Under the pieces are notes generated by a model. It was not told the origin of the DNA and did no database searches. It saw only the letters and a program-made list of their open reading frames with translations. From the NCBI RefSeq assembly GCF_001194135.2, contig NC_068982.1, forward strand, positions 151,840,704-151,899,294: a DNA stretch of 58,591 bases, read 5' to 3'. The stretch comes from Octopus bimaculoides. Lineage: Eukaryota. Both the position numbers and the translations under genes were made by a program. Shown here piece by piece: positions 14,451-27,899 of this stretch (the first letter of the stretch is position 1; every line of letters starts with the position of its first letter).

Positions 14451-15036
14451 TTTAGCATAGCTAATAGAGTTTTTATTCACGTTATAATTGTCATTTTTCT
14501 TTTAATAAACTCTGACTTTTCATTTATAATCTTGATGTCAAGCCGGTACTGATTGCTTTCTTTGTCATCATCCATCATGCAATACCACTTGTACCGATTC
14601 CATATATATTCAAATGATAAGAGCTAGAGGAATACTTTTCCTGTATTATACTTCCATAATTCCTATTAAAACCTACTTGAAGATTCGCTTTGCCAACATT
14701 GTTTATTTGTTTTAACACTAGATATGATTCTTCTTCCCCATAGAGCATCAAACTCGACGAACATCACTAACATAGTTATAAACAGCAAACACAAATGTAT
14801 GCTATAGCTATCATATAACAACCATCATATCATTGGTATATCACAAACACCATACAGATACCACAGTTATATCACCTCTCAGTCAACTAAGAACACCACC
14901 CAACATACCCAAAATACCCACCAATTCCATAACATCGGTCTAGACTTTAATATTGTCATTCTACTACTGCTCTCTATTCTTAATAGCCACTTATTTTTAT
15001 AAACTTCCTCATAATATTCTCAACCTTACTCTTCCC

Positions 15037-15269
15037 TATATAATTTACAATTGTTTAATTAACTTAAATGTGTTTCTAACTCGCCATTATTTATTTAGCC
15101 CATTACGGGATGAAATAAATGTTTTATATAATCTACAGAGGCAAGGAAATGAGAATATGAAACAATCACATTGTTTGTCCTACAATGCCTTCTTCAATTA
15201 CACCAGCATAAGAAGGGCCCACAAAGATCATAAGCTTTATTCACTTTTCTCTGATTAATGTTTAAATAA
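15037..15269. repeat. Left arm of a 233-bp inverted duplication
   Basis: Reverse complement of 15517-15811 once the gap-associated overlap is removed; 6 mismatches counted by hand. Confidence 0.92.
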
Positions 15270-15347
15270 AACTAACAATTAAATGAAAATTAGAAAAATT
15301 ATCACTTCCCTAAACATAAAGAAATTGCAATGCATATTGTCGGTATC

Positions 15348-16078
15348 GGCAGCTTAGGCAAATGTCTTCTACTATAGCACTGGGCGGACCAAAGCTTTGT
15401 GAGTGGATTTGTTAGACGGGAGTTTGAAAGGAACCCATCGTGTACATACATAAATGCATACATACATACATGCATACATACATACACATATACATACGCT
15501 TCCCTACACATATATATTATTTAAACATTAATCAGAGAAAAGTGAATAAAGCTTATGATCTTTGTGGGCCCTTCTTATGCTGGTGTAATTGAAGAAAACA
15601 TTGTAGGACAAACAGCGTGATTGTTTCANNNNNNNNNNATGCTGGTGTAATTGAAGAAAACATTGTAGGACAAACAGCGTGATTGTTTCATATTCTCATT
15701 TCCTTGCCTCTGTAGATTATATAAAACATTTATTTCATCCCGTAATGGGCAAAAGAAATAATGGCGAGTTAGAAACACATTTAAGTTAATTAAACAATTG
15801 TAAATTATATACACGGTATATATATATATACCATGTATGTGTATATGTATGTGTCTATGTGTGTGTTTTCATGCTTGTCTACGATCACCGCTTCACAACC
15901 GTTGGTTGGTTGATGTTCCCGTAACATAGCAGTTCTGCAAAAAAAAAAAAAAACCTAAAGAATAAATACTAGACTTGGAAAAAGTAAGAACTGAAGTTGA
16001 TTTGTAGAGCTAAATACTTCAAGGCGGTGCCCCAGTATAACTGCAGTTCATTGACTGAAACATAAAAAATAAAAGATA
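15348..16078 (+). mobile_element. SINE family A, 5'-truncated, interrupted in its central microsatellite by the inverted duplicate
   Basis: 5' half (ttaggcaaatgtcttctactatagc...gtgagtggatttg) at 15348-15445; 3' half (gttcccgtaacatagcagttc...ggcggtgccccag...tgactgaaac) at ~15870-16078. Confidence 0.75.
15517..15811. repeat. Right arm of the inverted duplication (contains 10-N gap and a duplicated assembly overlap)
   Basis: Reverse complement matches 15037-15269; 15577-15628 is repeated at 15639-15690 across the gap. Confidence 0.9.
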
Positions 16079-16167
16079 CATATATAATATATGTAAATAT
16101 AAATACACATGCATACACAAACACACGCAAACACGCATGCGCGCACACGCACACACACACTCACACA

Positions 16168-16249
<82 letters not shown>

Positions 16250-19200
16250 GAAACAAACATTCACACAGTTTCTGTCTTCTAAATTCTTCTGACAAGTTAT
16301 TAATCAGAAGACTCCCAGAGTTCCGTGCAAGATTTGGATCGATACTGGGAAAAGCAATTATGCAATTTCAAAACAAAATTTTCAGTCACCCAGCAAGCCC
16401 ATTCCCAATTATTGCGTTATGGTATTTCTTTGAAATACCATCTCAAACGTATATAGTGTTCAACAATGTCAGACAACATGATAAAATGAAAGACTACTCA
16501 AACTACTACTGTGTCCCTTGATGACAGTTATGCGGTGATTAAACAAGCCTATGATATGACCAAAGACGTTCTTCTCATGACCTTCCAATCTTATTTCCAC
16601 TATAGTGTATCTAAGAATACACTATTCAATGAATCCTATCCGAAGACGTTGGGAAGTTATTTGGCTGTTATTTCTTGCAGACCAAGTGACCACGTTATAG
16701 TTGCCGCATTGACAAATTTCTCTTGTTTTTCCACTCCAGAACGAATGGACTTTTTATAAATGACACATCAACCAGGCTATTCTGTCTTTTTTAGGAGTAT
16801 TTAGAATGGCATTATCCAATATATGCCTTTTCATTACCGTAGGATGTTAATTTGAAGTGAAGACATGATATCTGTTTTGTTACAGATTGACCAACAGCGC
16901 ATGATATCACGCTTGTGAAAGTGGAAGTCTTCATCGTGTGAAAGATAGGAGGAGAAAGAATCCTATTTCTCAGATAACCAAAATAAAAATCAACGAAAAG
17001 ATAATATTAATTAAGCCTCAAATGGAGAACTCTATTTGAATTCTCAGATATAAATATTAAAAATTGTCTTTAAATGATCCAAATAATACGAGAACTTGGA
17101 TATTTACAATAAGCCACTTAGCTTTTACGCCTTCAAATATTCAGATTATACACAGAACGAAATCTATTCTCCATATTACAAACGTAGCTTTTATACAGTG
17201 AATATGTTAAATAGCGGTGCCATTAGCCCGGTATTAATAATACAAATCAATGAGCTCTACATAGGGGCCGATCTGCTAGAAATAGTAGCATTATCTTACT
17301 CATATTGAAAGTCGACCGTTTTGAAAAAGGCAAAAACCGAATGTGCAATATAGCTTTAGATTAACAAAAAAGCGAAGTTATTATGACAGGAAAATGTTTG
17401 ATGACAGATACAATCAGAGCCGAACATGAGGTTTTCTTATTATTCATTGCCTTCTCGTAAGACGGAGTTTCGACAGTCATCTGTAAAACTAGGTGTTGCA
17501 ATATCCACTTTGAACCGTTGTTTTGCTTGTGAATCAATTTCTTGCATATTTCAAAATATCAAAATTCAAGTCACAACATATAATCATAACAGTATTACCA
17601 GTAAATGGACAATCGCTGAGCAATATAGATTAAGTACTCCCATTACACTCGAATATGAAACGAGGTTTCGTTCGGTCGAGCTCTAGCTATAAATATCTAC
17701 ATATTTCTAACACACTGACATTTATAGTTCGCCGACCGAATGGTTCCAAATTGTGATTCTTATTTATCTCTAGCAAAGTGAAATGTATAAGACTCTAAAC
17801 ACTTGTAACATAAATTCTATTAATTTCTTTTATGGATTTGTGTCACGACAGAAACAAAAACTGTACACTCATACAAATCCACGCGCACGGCACAAACAAA
17901 CACACATGGATATCTTATGTTTATTATGCTAAGCTTATTTCTCTCTTATCAGATAGCACTGTGAAACTATATGTGGGAAGTTTTATCCTTCAGCATAAAG
18001 CCCACCTTATTACACGTTTGAAATTATCTATATTGAATATTTCATGTCATGATAATCAAGGTAATATATATATATATGTGTGTGTGTGTGCACATATGCA
18101 TATACATATATATATGTGTGTGTGTGTGGTGGGGGGTAATTATATGTATTTATATGCATGCATTTATATGTGTGTGTGTGTGCGTCTGTGCATAAATCAT
18201 TTTCATTCGGGCTTGCTGATGGCTCCGACAACCTACTGAATCATTTGCGTAAGCCATCAAACGAGACTTGAAAAACCATTCAGAAAAGAATTTTGTAAAT
18301 AAATGTTGCTCTACTTTTAGTATNNNNNNNNNNNNNNNNNNNNNNNNNNNNNNNNNNNNNNNNNNNNNNNNNNNNNNNNNNNNNNNNNNNNNNNNNNNNN
18401 NNNNNNNNNNNNNNNNNNNNNNNNNNNNNNNNNNNNNNNNNNNNNNNNNNNNNNNNNNNNNNNNNNNNNNNNNNNNNNNNNNNNNNNNNNNNNNNNNNNN
18501 NNNNNNNNNNNNNNNNNNNNNNNNNNNNNNNNNNNNNNNNNNNNNNNNNNNNNNNNNNNNNNNNNNNNNNNNNNNNNNNNNNNNNNNNNNNNNNNNNNNN
18601 NNNNNNNNNNNNNNNNNNNNNNNNNNNNNNNNNNNNNNNNNNNNNNNNNNNNNNNNNNNNNNNNNNNNNNNNNNNNNNNNNNNNNNNNNNNNNNNNNNNN
18701 NNNNNNNNNNNNNNNNNNNNNNNNNNNNNNNNNNNNNNNNNNNNNNNNNNNNNNNNNNNNNNNNNNNNNATATATATGCATATAAGTATATTTGCGAAGT
18801 GTATCTTTATGTATACAAAGTAGTGAAAGTCAGAAACACAACGAATGATAACAGTGAGTGAGAGAGACAGAGAGAAGTGCATTATTTGAACACTTTCATA
18901 CTAAATCAAATATACCCCATTATCATGGATACACATAGCTTAGTTATACTTAAAACAGATTTCAATGCACATCTTGTAAACAATCTCATGTAAACATAAA
19001 CATACTAATTTTCAATATGTACTATAAAGATATGCTTATCTTTATTAGAATTTGTATAGATACATAGATTTTTTCCAGTTGATCGATCAAATGGTATCTC
19101 AATATACAGAGAGCTGAAACACAAGTTATCTTCACTTGCTGTGGCAAATAACATTTTCTTGCAGCAACGATTCTGACCTATTTTCTTAAAAAGTCCTTCA

Positions 19201-20289
19201 AGTTTACTTTACTTTGCGTTTTTATGTATTTTGTATGTCTGTCGCTATACAATAGTATAACACTACATGCATACTTTCAGTCATATGCATATAAAGCCTG
19301 TTCTGCATGATGGCATCCAGCTTTTTGAGTTTCTCTTCTGCTATGTATTAAACAACAAATCGCGCTATCTTACTCGTTCTGTCTGGGTCGCTCTATCACA
19401 AGTTCACATCCACACTCATACGCACGCACATTCACACGCGCGCGCGCGTTCCACACTCTCTCTGTCTCTGTTTGTCTGTCTGTCTCTCTCTCTTTCTTTA
19501 TCTCTCTCTCTCTCTCTCTCTACAATTATACAGTTATGTGTGGGAATTTCACTATTTTCGTAACTAGGCTATTATATAATTTTTATGAACTCGACAAAAT
19601 TGATGATAGAAAACTACTTGCATTAAATCTTGATCTTAATTTTACCAGTCTANNNNNNNNNNCTCTCTCTCTACAATTATACAGTTATGTGTGGGAATTT
19701 CACTATTTTCGTAACTAGGCTATTATATAATTTTTATGAACTCGACAAAATTGATGATAGAAAACTACTTGCATTAAATCTTGATCTTAATTTTACCAAT
19801 CTAGTTTCATTGATATATACACAGTTCTACTTTGGAAGAGTGGATCACGAAGCACACGTAATACTATCAATAATAGGATGTAAATATTGTGTTGGAAAAA
19901 CCCTTTAGGGGGTAGATAAAACCGACTTATTTTCAATCCCAAAGTGATTTTTATCCCAATATTTAGTCCTATTATTTATTGCTTTCTGTGTCCCTCAAGA
20001 TCCACTGCTCCAAAACACAAGTATTTCACGTTCTCTCGAAAAGTAATAAATTCTATTATCATATGCATACATATATATAGTAGTAGTGGGCATCTGTCGT
20101 TCTCGACATCCCATGGACCTGCGCCCGAAGAAATTGTGTCAGCTGCTGATGGTGATGCAGCATCTGCTGTGGCTAAAGAGGCCCACACGGGAGTGGCAGT
20201 CATACATAGGAGCTCTGCCGTCGCTACTGATTTTTCATTCTGTCGAGTGTGCTTTTCTTTGGTGGCGTAATCCCTTTGGTGGCGTATTC

Positions 20290-20455
20290 ACATCAACAAC
20301 TTCCATTCCTCGACATCCTCATTAAGAAATCCAACAACAAAATAGAAACATATACAAACTATAAGTCCACGGACTCCAAGCGATATCTACCGTTCAACTC
20401 ATGCCATACCAGACACACTAGAATGTATATCCCCTCCAACCTAGCAAAAAGTCGC
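20290..20455 (+). mobile_element. Penelope-like element RT C-terminal fragment
   Basis: Reads LPFLDILIKKSNNKIETYTNYKSTDSKRYLPFNSCHTRHTRMYIPSNLAK, the 'LPFLD..I....T..Y.K.TD...YL.F.S.HP......IP..LA' region typical of PLE RTs. Confidence 0.8.
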
Positions 20456-20526
20456 AAAGACCGAACCGGTACTAAAATGTTCTTCGTGATAAAATTATTT
20501 TAGCATTTTTTACCTTGTCTTATTTT

Positions 20527-20564
<38 letters not shown>

Positions 20565-21429
20565 TGTGATATTAGTTTTGATAACGTGATTTTGATTGTC
20601 TCGATTGCTGTTATTTGCCTGCAGTGCAGCTGCGCGGAGTTCTTTTCTGTTTGCGGCACGACGTGTTCAGAGTTGGTTTTTACTTAGTCGAGACTGTAGC
20701 AACTCGCTGCATAAAACTGTTATTGCGCTGAAGTTTGGTTTTGCTTACAATTTAGCAATCTTTATGTGTAATCCAGATTGGTGTATTTTTAGTTGATTAA
20801 AACCTTTTAAACTTAGATATTCCAGTTTGGGTTTATAACAATATATACACATACGCAAGTACACGTACACATTCAATATATACACTTCTAGGTAATAATA
20901 TATGCATATAAGTAACAATATATGCATATATGTAAAAATACATACACATACACACGCATAAAACACGTACACAAACAGTTGATACAAATATGTATGTATC
21001 TTTATTCTCCATTAGATCTATTTAATCAGATAATAAACGAACGCTTTCTATTCTAAAATATTTAACCAGTCAAATTATTTTGTCTCCAGTTGATCGATAT
21101 CAATTTTTTGGTAGGTGTGAGAGTTAAAGTTTGCAAATGTACGTACGCATATATTGTTTTCGTACATGTAATTATTGATTATATATGTATGAATATGTAT
21201 ATGTACATGTAACATGTATGCGTACAAGTGTGTAAAAAGATTTACGAAAATGTGTGTCTTACGTATAATTGTTATTATAAAAATATGTATTAATACCTCA
21301 GGATACGCGTAGATATATGAATGCGTATGCGTGTATGTACATGTGTATAAATGTACATTTATTGGAAGAATAATTCATTGTGTAAAAATAATATCAATTA
21401 GTCCTTTCTACTTATTGTTTTGCTAGAAA

Positions 21430-22150
21430 GAACTTACCACGATAAACTAGTGCTTTAGAAAAACGCATTCTACTGGTCAAACAGTAACCGAGACATGGCA
21501 CGACGATCAGATGATAAATGATAAAGGAGGTGATGTAAGCATTCGCCACTTCTGCCCAAATTTTCAGGGATCGCTTCCTCTCAGCCCATTTCTGGGTAAG
21601 ACTGGCCGCCCTGTTCGCCACTTCGTCTCAGTTCTTATCAACCTGGAGGTCGGGGCCAAACCAGACCCCAAGCGGTTTAACTGACCAGTCGGTCCATGCA
21701 TCGTCCTGCCTCTCTTGAGCCAACAGCAAACCCACCGATTTGTTGGCGTTGATTTTAGCCCCTGCAACCGACTCATATTCTTTCAGGATGGTGCCAACCG
21801 TCTCCACTTCGGAGGCGTCCGACATCATGACAGTGACATCGTCCGTGTATGCTGACACTACCCTCCTTATCTTAGTTCGAAAGGCGTGGCATTTAGCTGT
21901 TCTAATTTCCGTAGCAGTAGCTCGAGTGCCAATACGTACAGAAGAGATGATAGCGGGCAGCCCTGACAGACCGAGCGAGCGATGCTAAACGTCTCCGACG
22001 GGTTGCCTTTACTTTAATCACTGAACAGGTGACGCTGCGTATTGCAGCGATCCAGCCTCTGAAAACGAGTCCGGAACCACCTACTTTGAGGAAGGCTTCC
22101 AAGTAACGACGGTCATCCCTATCGAATGCTTTCACAAGAACAGCAATCAA
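21430..22150 (-). mobile_element. Tx1/L1-clade LINE reverse transcriptase fragment (frameshifted)
   Basis: Minus-strand pieces KAFDRDDRRYL..., GLVFRGWI, SAYTDDVTV (YxDD), YESVAGAKINANKSVG, LGVWFGPD..DKN, WAERKRSL..AEVAN.YITS.I.Y.L.VVPC, in canonical order. Confidence 0.9.
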
Positions 22151-22438
22151 GAATGAAATTTGATATTGTTGTTATTTGTACTTATGCATTACTGCTTTTC
22201 TATACCACTGAAATTTGTCACAAGTTTTAATTTCGTATCGATATTATGTATTTCGTCAAGTAAAAAGAAAGGTTATAAATACCTAGGTACTAAGGCTTAA
22301 TTTTTTTTTGTTTGATACAATATTTTTAGGTATATAGATTTTAATGCAATTATCTCTTTCTCTGTTTCACTACTGCCTTTTTCTCTCTGTTGTTAGTACA
22401 TATATATTGATATAACTTGTAGTTTCTTATTTTTCTTC

Positions 22439-22474
<36 letters not shown>

Positions 22475-23316
22475 TTCCCATTCTTTTATCTTATCATAAT
22501 TAAGTGAGCTAGTCTTAGCAACGGCATGCAGATTGAGGTCATTTACTTTGCAGTCTTCTGCATCTCTTGCTTCGAAATTTTTACTACATCGTCCCCATAT
22601 CCTGCTTGATTTTGTATTTCTCTCAATTTTGCTATGTTTACATATATATATATATANNNNNNNNNNNNNNNNNNNNNNNNNNNNNNNNNNNNNNNNNNNN
22701 NNNNNNNNNNNNNNNNNNNNNNNNNNNNNNNNNNNNNNNNNNNNNNNNNNNNNNNNNNNNNNNNNNNNNNNNNNNNNNNNNNNNNNNNNNNNNNNNNNNN
22801 NNNNNNNNNNNNNNNNNNNNNNNNNNNNNNNNNNNNNNNNNNNNNNNNNNNNNNNNNNNNNNNNNNNNNNNNNNNNNNNNNNNNNNNNNNNNNNNNNNNN
22901 NNNNNNNNNNNNNNNNNNNNNNNNNNNNNNNNNNNNNNNNNNNNNNNNNNNNNNNNNNNNNNNNNNNNNNNNNNNNNNNNNNNNNNNNNNNNNNNNNNNN
23001 NNNNNNNNNNNNNNNNNNNNNNNNNNNNNNNNNNNNNNNNNNNNNNNNNNNNNNNNNNNNNNNNNNNNNNNNNNNNNNNNNNNNNNNNNNNNNNNNNNNN
23101 NNNNNNNNNNNNNNNNNNNNNNNNNNNNNNNNNNNNNNNNNNNNNNNNNNNNNNNNNNNNNNNNNNNNNNNNNNNNNNNNNNNNNNNNNNNNNNNNNNNN
23201 NNNNNNNNNNNNNNNNNNNNNNNNNNNNNNNNNNNNNNNNNNNNNNNNNNNNNNNNNNNNNNNNNNNNNNNNNNNNNNNNNNNNNNNNNNNNNNNNNNNN
23301 NNNNNNNNNNNNNNNN

Positions 23317-23365
<49 letters not shown>

Positions 23366-23450
23366 CATACATATTCAGATAGACGACAGAGATAGACACG
23401 TACACACACATATACACATATATATGCATGTATGTATATATCCTTTATCG

Positions 23451-23910
23451 TTTACTTATTTCAGTCATTAGACCGTGGCCATGCTGAAACATCGCCTTGA
23501 AGAATGTTTAGTCGAATGAATCGACCCCAGTACTTATTTTTTCCTAAGCCTGATACATATTCTAACGATTCTTTGCCAAACCGCTAGTTTACGGGGACGT
23601 AAACATACCAGCATCAGTTGTCAAGCGGTACTAGGGGACAAACACTGGCACAAGGATACATACACATACACATACGCACACACGCACGCGCTCACGTACG
23701 CGCTCACGCACGCGCTCACGCACACACACACACGTATATAGATACAGATAATATACAACTGGCTTCTTTCAGTTTCGTCAACCAAATCCAGCCAGAAGGC
23801 TTTGGTTGGCCCGTGGCTATAGTAGAAGCCACTCGACCAAGGCACCACGCAATTGGAATGAACCTGGAACCACACGATTGGAAAGCGTACTTCTTAGCAC
23901 ACAGCCACTC
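23451..23910 (-). mobile_element. SINE family A, near full length, diverged
   Basis: Same head, internal microsatellite and tail as the 7138-7644 copy. Confidence 0.85.
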
Positions 23911-24549
23911 TTGCGCCTAGTTTCTTGGCACACAGCCACAACTGCACCTAGGTTATCAGCACACTGTCATGCCATATATATATATATATATATACATATA
24001 TACACACATATATACACACACATATATATACACACGCACATATATATGTGTATATATATACATAAAATCAAAATAAGTCCCCCTCCCACCTCTGATTCAT
24101 CCCATTCCTGTACTGCCTGGCAATTCCACATTAGAGTCTTTGAACACAGCTGACCTGGTTGGGTGGATTATTGGCGTATATATGCATGTATGTGGTGTCT
24201 TCATACGTCTCATACGTATGTGTATGTGCAAGTGTTTGCTGATATGGGTGATTTTACATACACCCTTTTTTTCCATCTCAAGCTTTTCTCAATATATGTA
24301 TGTACCTAGATATAAAAATGTGTATGTAACCCATGTGTTTGTGCGCGCGTGCGTGAGCCTAAGTGTATCTATATTATGTGGGCGTGTGATGTATGCATGT
24401 TTGTATGCTTATGTATGGCTATCTGCTTGTGAATAATGTATTTGGAATCGGTTGAATGTATGAGCATGCTTCTTGTATGTGTATTCGTGTGTTTGTGTGC
24501 GAGCATAAGTATATATTAGATATCAATCACGTGCGAATTTTTGTTCAGA

Positions 24550-26290
24550 AATTCACGAGTGAAGTTTGGGGTCCAGTGTAAACCCTGCTTTTCTCAAAGA
24601 CCAAATTGCTTATTCATATCCCCGTTGAGCGATTTTTGTTTGCATGTTTTCAAAATCTTAGTTAAAATATTTTTTGGTTATTGTTTTGTAAAGTCTGCGT
24701 TTATTTCAATACGTGTTAGTACGTATTGCAGCTATCTATTATATATGACATTATACTTTTCAACATTTTAACTGCTCCAAACGTTCGTTATCAATACATA
24801 TTTTCAGAAAAGTTTTAAATGTTACTTTGCTTGTTGAAGACTTCTTTGCTCTTTCCTTCACTTGATGATGTAATCGATATTTTTTATTAGTTATATTCCT
24901 TAGATTTTGGTCCTCGTGAAGTTTTTAATTCATGGTACTAAACTGTCGGTAAACTGTTTTAATATAGCTAATTGTTCTGTAGTTGACAATTCCTATAATA
25001 TATTTCAAATTGAACGTCTTCGTTAAAATTATTCAGAGTTGTCTAATATACTTCTTTCAGTTATTCCTTCTCATACTCAGAACTATTATGTCTCTTTAGA
25101 TTTCTAACAAATTATGTTTGCAGCTGCTTTTGATTACTTACACATTTCTTCATTATTGCTCGTGGTTGATTTTATATGGCTTGTATCACCAAATAGAGAA
25201 TCTGGCACATTTGTCAAAGGAACTCACTCAAAACAATATTAGACAAGTGAAGCCTTTCAATATCAAAAAGATACCCCACTACTGTGTCTGAACTTCCGTA
25301 TAAATTGATATAACCATATAGATCAGCTGACTTATCGTTATTATATTCAAGTTCTTAGTGACGATTTGAATGAGAAAATAGTATAATATACAGGAAAAAC
25401 AATAATAATAAAAAGTGGAATCTCTGGAAAAATTCCTTTCCAGATGTCTTGTTAGATTACCCTTAATCTATTTAACCCTTATATTTGATTCTAATTCAGG
25501 TATGCTGGGTTTCAACAATTTGAACAATCTTCAATGTGATAATTTGAAGATACCCAGTGATTTTGTAATCCAGGGATATGTTCTAATTTTTCTTCGATTA
25601 CTATTGATATGGTTATTACTTGGAATATTCAACCACATTATCCTTTCCTGATAATTTTTTAATCCTGATCATAGATTATTTATTTCAAATATACTTAAAC
25701 ACTCCCTATAAGTGTTGTATGATGTAAGGTATGAAAAGGCATGTAACACTCCTATAGTTTCAAAGGATTCTTTGAAATGTCTTATTCGGGAAATAAAATT
25801 ATTGTTTTCTGTTATGTTTAAGATTGGTTGCTTTCGGTTTTGCTAAACGTTTTTAACAAATATTGTATGCAAGCTCTGACCTTGTTTAATGCAGAAGTCC
25901 TGAAATTTATCTATATAATCTGATTTTCTTTCTATTTCCTGTCCAATTTGTCCTACTGTGTTTTATATTCATGTTTGTGTGATATACAGCAAATTTTCTA
26001 TTTCCTTTCTTCGATTAAGTAATTTCTTTTATGGAAAGTTTTATTGGGTTTTTCCCCAGATCTTTCAGCAAGATTCTAACATTTCTTCTATTGTTTGAAG
26101 GGAATCTACTCTAAAATTGTGTTGTTTAACTTATTGTCTTTATTTATCTTCCAGGAACATTTTAATTTTACTTATGTTGCTTTATTTTTTACAAAACTTT
26201 ATACTTTTTTCACCATTACCAGAATAAAATTTCTTATCATCTCATCAAGTTCATCTTTGATTTTATAATTTTTTACAAAGCGTTGCTTCT
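24550..26290 (-). mobile_element. Heavily decayed R4/Dong-like RT region
   Basis: Motif relics in the right order on the minus strand: NYRSVTCL (~25735-25760), GIF(Q)(G)DS (~25417-25436), ISQLIYM..I.LY (YMDD relic, ~25297-25335), FDKCA (~25203-25220). Outer boundaries are approximate. Confidence 0.55.
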
Positions 26291-26299
26291 ACTTTCATT

Positions 26300-26307
26300 T
26301 TATCTTT

Positions 26308-26339
<32 letters not shown>

Positions 26340-26413
26340 TCACTTAAAATTTCCTTATCTTTGTTATAATAATAATATTAATAATAATAATAATGATTAT
26401 TGTTGTTATTAAA

Positions 26414-26467
<54 letters not shown>

Positions 26468-26468
26468 G
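26300..26468. repeat. (CTTT)n and (TTA)n microsatellites
   Basis: Direct reading. Confidence 0.9.
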
Positions 26469-27143
26469 CTGTTGGTATAGTTGCTGCTGCAGTTTTTATT
26501 GTTATTGTATTAGTAATGTTATTTGCTATAGCGAATTAAGCACACGCTTACACACATCTTCCTTCACTATAGAAAAGCAAAGACAACTATTTTTGAAAGT
26601 TGTTGTTTATGATGTCCATATGTGTGTATGTGTGTGTGGGGGCGTAGGTGTTTGGATCTGTGTGTTTGTGTATGTGAATGTTAATATAAATAGTATAGTC
26701 CGCCCTCTTTTTGTAACTCTGTTTTCCTTCCTATAGAGATATGATATCTGTTTTACCTAAAGTTACTTTGCGAAAAAAATTATTCAAGATTGGAGAGATC
26801 ACATGATATCTTTGTTATATTTTTCATTGATGTTCTTTACTACTCTGAGTACATTCTAGCAATATTAGTGATGTATATGTTTTATAATTTTTAATGTTTT
26901 CTGATTAAAAGTATACCTCCATTTCATAATACAGTACATGAAATATATGAGTCGCAGATGAAGCTCCTACACGGAGCCAAATATCTCTCCAAAATGACGG
27001 CTACGGTCTTTAAGATATATGAACATGATGGAAAGTATGCGTCTGAAGAATGACAGTATGGTCATAGTTGCAACATATTTAGTCACATATCTACTTGATC
27101 AAGGCTGATCTAAGAATAAACAACTATGACATGAAATATAGTA

Positions 27144-27470
27144 CATGGCTCGGTGGTTAGAGCGTCGAGCTTACGATCGTGTGGTTGTGATTTCGAATTC
27201 CGGACCGGGATGCGTGTTGTGTTCTTGAGCAAGACACTATATTTCACGTTGCTCCAATTCACTCTGTTGTAGAAATGAGTTGCGACGTCACTGGTGCCAA
27301 GCTGTATCGGCCTTTGCCTTTCCCTTGGATGACATCGGCGGAGTGTTGAGGGGAAGCCGGTATGCATGGGCGACTGCTAGTCTTCCACAAACAATATTGC
27401 CCGGACTTGTGCCTGGGAGGGTAACATTCTAGGCGCAATTCCATAGTCAGTCATGACCGAAAGGGGTCTC
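27144..27470 (+). mobile_element. tRNA-headed SINE family C
   Basis: catggctcggtggttagag (A box) ... gatttcgaattccgg (B box) ... tgttgtgttcttgagcaagacac..tttcacgttgctcca; the 5' half is shared with 34820-35067. Confidence 0.8.
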
Positions 27471-27899
27471 AGCAGTACATAATTTCTTTTTTTAAGGATA
27501 TACTTTCACTTTATAACATATTAAATATACGACTCACAGATGACACTTCTACACGGCCATCATAAATAGCAATCTTTGATAATACAACTGTCATTTACTT
27601 GTCTCTGTACGCATCCATATACCTCGCTAATTTCTCACAATCTGTATCTCCAACATTCTCACAATCCAAGGATGGATCCTGTTAAGTCATTTTACCAGTT
27701 TGCTGTTAAATAGCCTTCAAATACACTGCGACGTACAAAAGTGATGTCACGTTGCACTGGTCATCTCCGTTATGCTGTTCTCTTTCTTTTATGGAATCTT
27801 ATGTATCATTTGCCATGTGTTTTTTATTTTATTTTTAACTTTTGCTTGTTTGTCTGGAGAATGCGACTGCACCCATGACACTTGCAGGCGTTCTAAGAT

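Noticed and set aside
15577-15690. 52-bp direct repeat inside the right inverted arm
   Set aside because: Identical copies across a 10-N gap and absent from the left arm; assembly artefact.
19505-19800. ~130-bp direct duplication on either side of the 10-N gap
   Set aside because: Copies are essentially identical (one g/a difference) and meet at a nominal gap; this is the signature of an unmerged contig or haplotype overlap.
19074-21099. Shared 14-mer TCCAGTTGATCGAT at ~19073 and ~21086
   Set aside because: Repeated 14-mers are expected by chance in 58 kb of AT-rich sequence.
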